From Isurus oxyrinchus (Eukaryota): a DNA stretch of 64,000 nucleotides. Made by a program: the position numbers and the translations under genes. Below the pieces are notes generated by a model. It was not told the DNA's origin. It ran no database searches and saw nothing but the letters and a program-made list of their open reading frames with translations. The stretch's first letter is position 1, and every line of letters begins with the position of its first letter. The stretch is from the NCBI GenBank assembly GCA_026770705.1, contig JANJGN010000052.1:2790001-2854000 (forward strand), written 5' to 3'. Positions 62,250 to 64,000 of the stretch are shown here, in pieces.

Positions 62250-63330
62250 TTTTTGTATTCATTCACTGACACTGGCTAGGCCAGAATTTATTGCCCATCC
62301 CTAATTGTCCTTGAGAATATGGTGGTGATCTGCCCTCCTGAGCTGCTGCAGTCCCTGTGGTGTATGTACACCCACAGAACTGTTTGGGAGGGAGTTGCAG
62401 GATTCTGACCCAGCGACAGTGAAGGAACGGTGATATATTTCCAAGTGAGGATGGTAAGTGGCTTGGAGGGGAACTTCCAGGTGGCGGTGTTCCCATGTGT
62501 CTGCTGCCCTTGTCCTTCTAGATGGTAGTGGTCATGTGTTTGGAAGGTGCTGTCGAAGGAGGCTTGGTGACTCCCTGCGTTGCATCTTGTAGATGGTACA
62601 CACACTGCTGCCACTGTGCGTCAGTTGTAGAGGGACAGAATGTTTGTGGATGGGGTGCAAATCAAGCGGGGCTGCTTTGTTCTGGACGGTGTCGAGCTTC
62701 TTGAGTGTTGTTGGAGCTGTACTCATCCAGGAAAGTGGCGAGTATTCCATCACACTCCTGACCTGTGCCTTGAGGTTGGTGGACAGGCTTTGGGGAGTCA
62801 GGAGGCGAGTTACTCACCACAGGATTCCCAGGCTCTGGCCTGCTCTTATACTCACAGTTTTTATATGGCTAGTCCAGTTCAGTTTCTAGTCAATGGTAAC
62901 CCCCAGAGTGTTGATAGTGGGGGATTCAGCAATGGTGATGCTATTTGACATTAAGGGGAGATGGATATATTCTCTCTGGTTGGAGATGGTCATTGCCTGG
63001 CACTTGTGTGGCATGAATGTTACTTGCCACTTGTCAGGCCAAGCCTGGATATTGTCCAGGTCTTGCTGCATTTGGACATGGACTGCTTCAGTATCTGATG
63101 AGTCATGAATGATGTTGAACATTGTGCAATCATCAGTGACCATCCATAATTCTGACCATCTGATAGAATGAATGTCATTGATGAAGCAGCTGAAGATGGT
63201 TGGGCCTAGGACACTACCCTGAGCAACTCCTGCAGTGATGTCCTGGAACTGAGATGACTGACTTCCAACAACCACAACCGCCTTCCTTTGTACTTGGTAT
63301 GAATCCAACGAGTGGAGAGTTTTCCCTGTG
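62250..63330 (-). mobile_element. CR1/L2-clade LINE 3' fragment with tail
   Basis: AGVAQGSVLGPTIFSCFIND..TDDCT..WQVTFMPHKC. Confidence 0.9.
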
Positions 63331-64000
63331 ACATGACATGGCATATGATGTGTGCTTGGTGCTCCAAATCCACAAGGGAAAATTGGTCATGCTATCACAA
63401 TAGTTTTGCAATTTGTATTTATTACAGGAAGCGTGCACTGAATTCAGGAGTAATGAGTTGACCACAACCTTTAGACATTTTAAAAATTCAATTACGATAT
63501 TTATTAACAAAATAAAAGATTTCAAGCACAGACATAATACCACAGTTAGTTACAGCTAAAATAAATTCTCAAATTCCTAATTAACCTGACTCCCAGTTAC
63601 AGAGCCTGGTTAAGGCAACAGTCCAAAATAAGATTTTAGATTAAAAACAAATCCAGCGAGTTAACACAGCACACACTTGACACTGGAATTCTAAATGGAT
63701 TTCTCCAACTTTATTTACTGAACATAACAGACTTATGCACAAATGCCTGGAGGCTTCTTAAAGTCTATTTCACACACTCCTGTTAGATCTTACATGGCCC
63801 CCAACATAGCCTTTCATTCTCCTTTATACATGTTTCTCTCTCTTTGATGTGTAAATTCTTTGGAACTGTACCTTTCCCATAATATAAACTTTCATGTTGC
63901 CAATATTGTCAATGAAGTTTGGGTAAAATTTAAAAAAAAACTCCTTAGCTTTGCTTATTGGGCTTGTCCTAAACAGACCAACATCCCTTTGAAATCTAAA

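Overview
Vertebrate genomic DNA, most likely from a cartilaginous fish (DeuSINE/SacSINE1-like SINEs, CR1/L2 LINEs, Penelope and Gypsy relics). Almost every ORF in the six-frame track is a repeat artefact; the real genes are multi-exon and had to be spliced by hand. Main result: an intact three-exon hepcidin (HAMP) gene on the minus strand (49248-49156, 47526-47470, 45075-44959). It encodes an 88-aa prepropeptide with an RQKR furin site and an atypical 8-Cys mature peptide, MDRQQLCRFCCNCCNWREPNETCGLCCRY. The gene lies in a rearranged cluster of Siglec (MAG/CD22-like) gene pieces, echoing the mammalian HAMP-MAG-CD22 neighbourhood. The Siglec pieces are: an open leader-V-C2 unit; a frameshifted paralogue ending in an Arg-containing TM exon with a short tail (activating type); an orphan ITIM-bearing terminal exon; and two V exons cut by a Gypsy element. 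Positions ~1-18.2 kb and ~46.7-54.4 kb are the arms of a large inverted duplication, which created a truncated second hepcidin copy. Inside it sits an inverted pair of Siglec paralogues. The window also has a ~9-kb satellite, three retroposon-derived minisatellite families and three assembly gaps.
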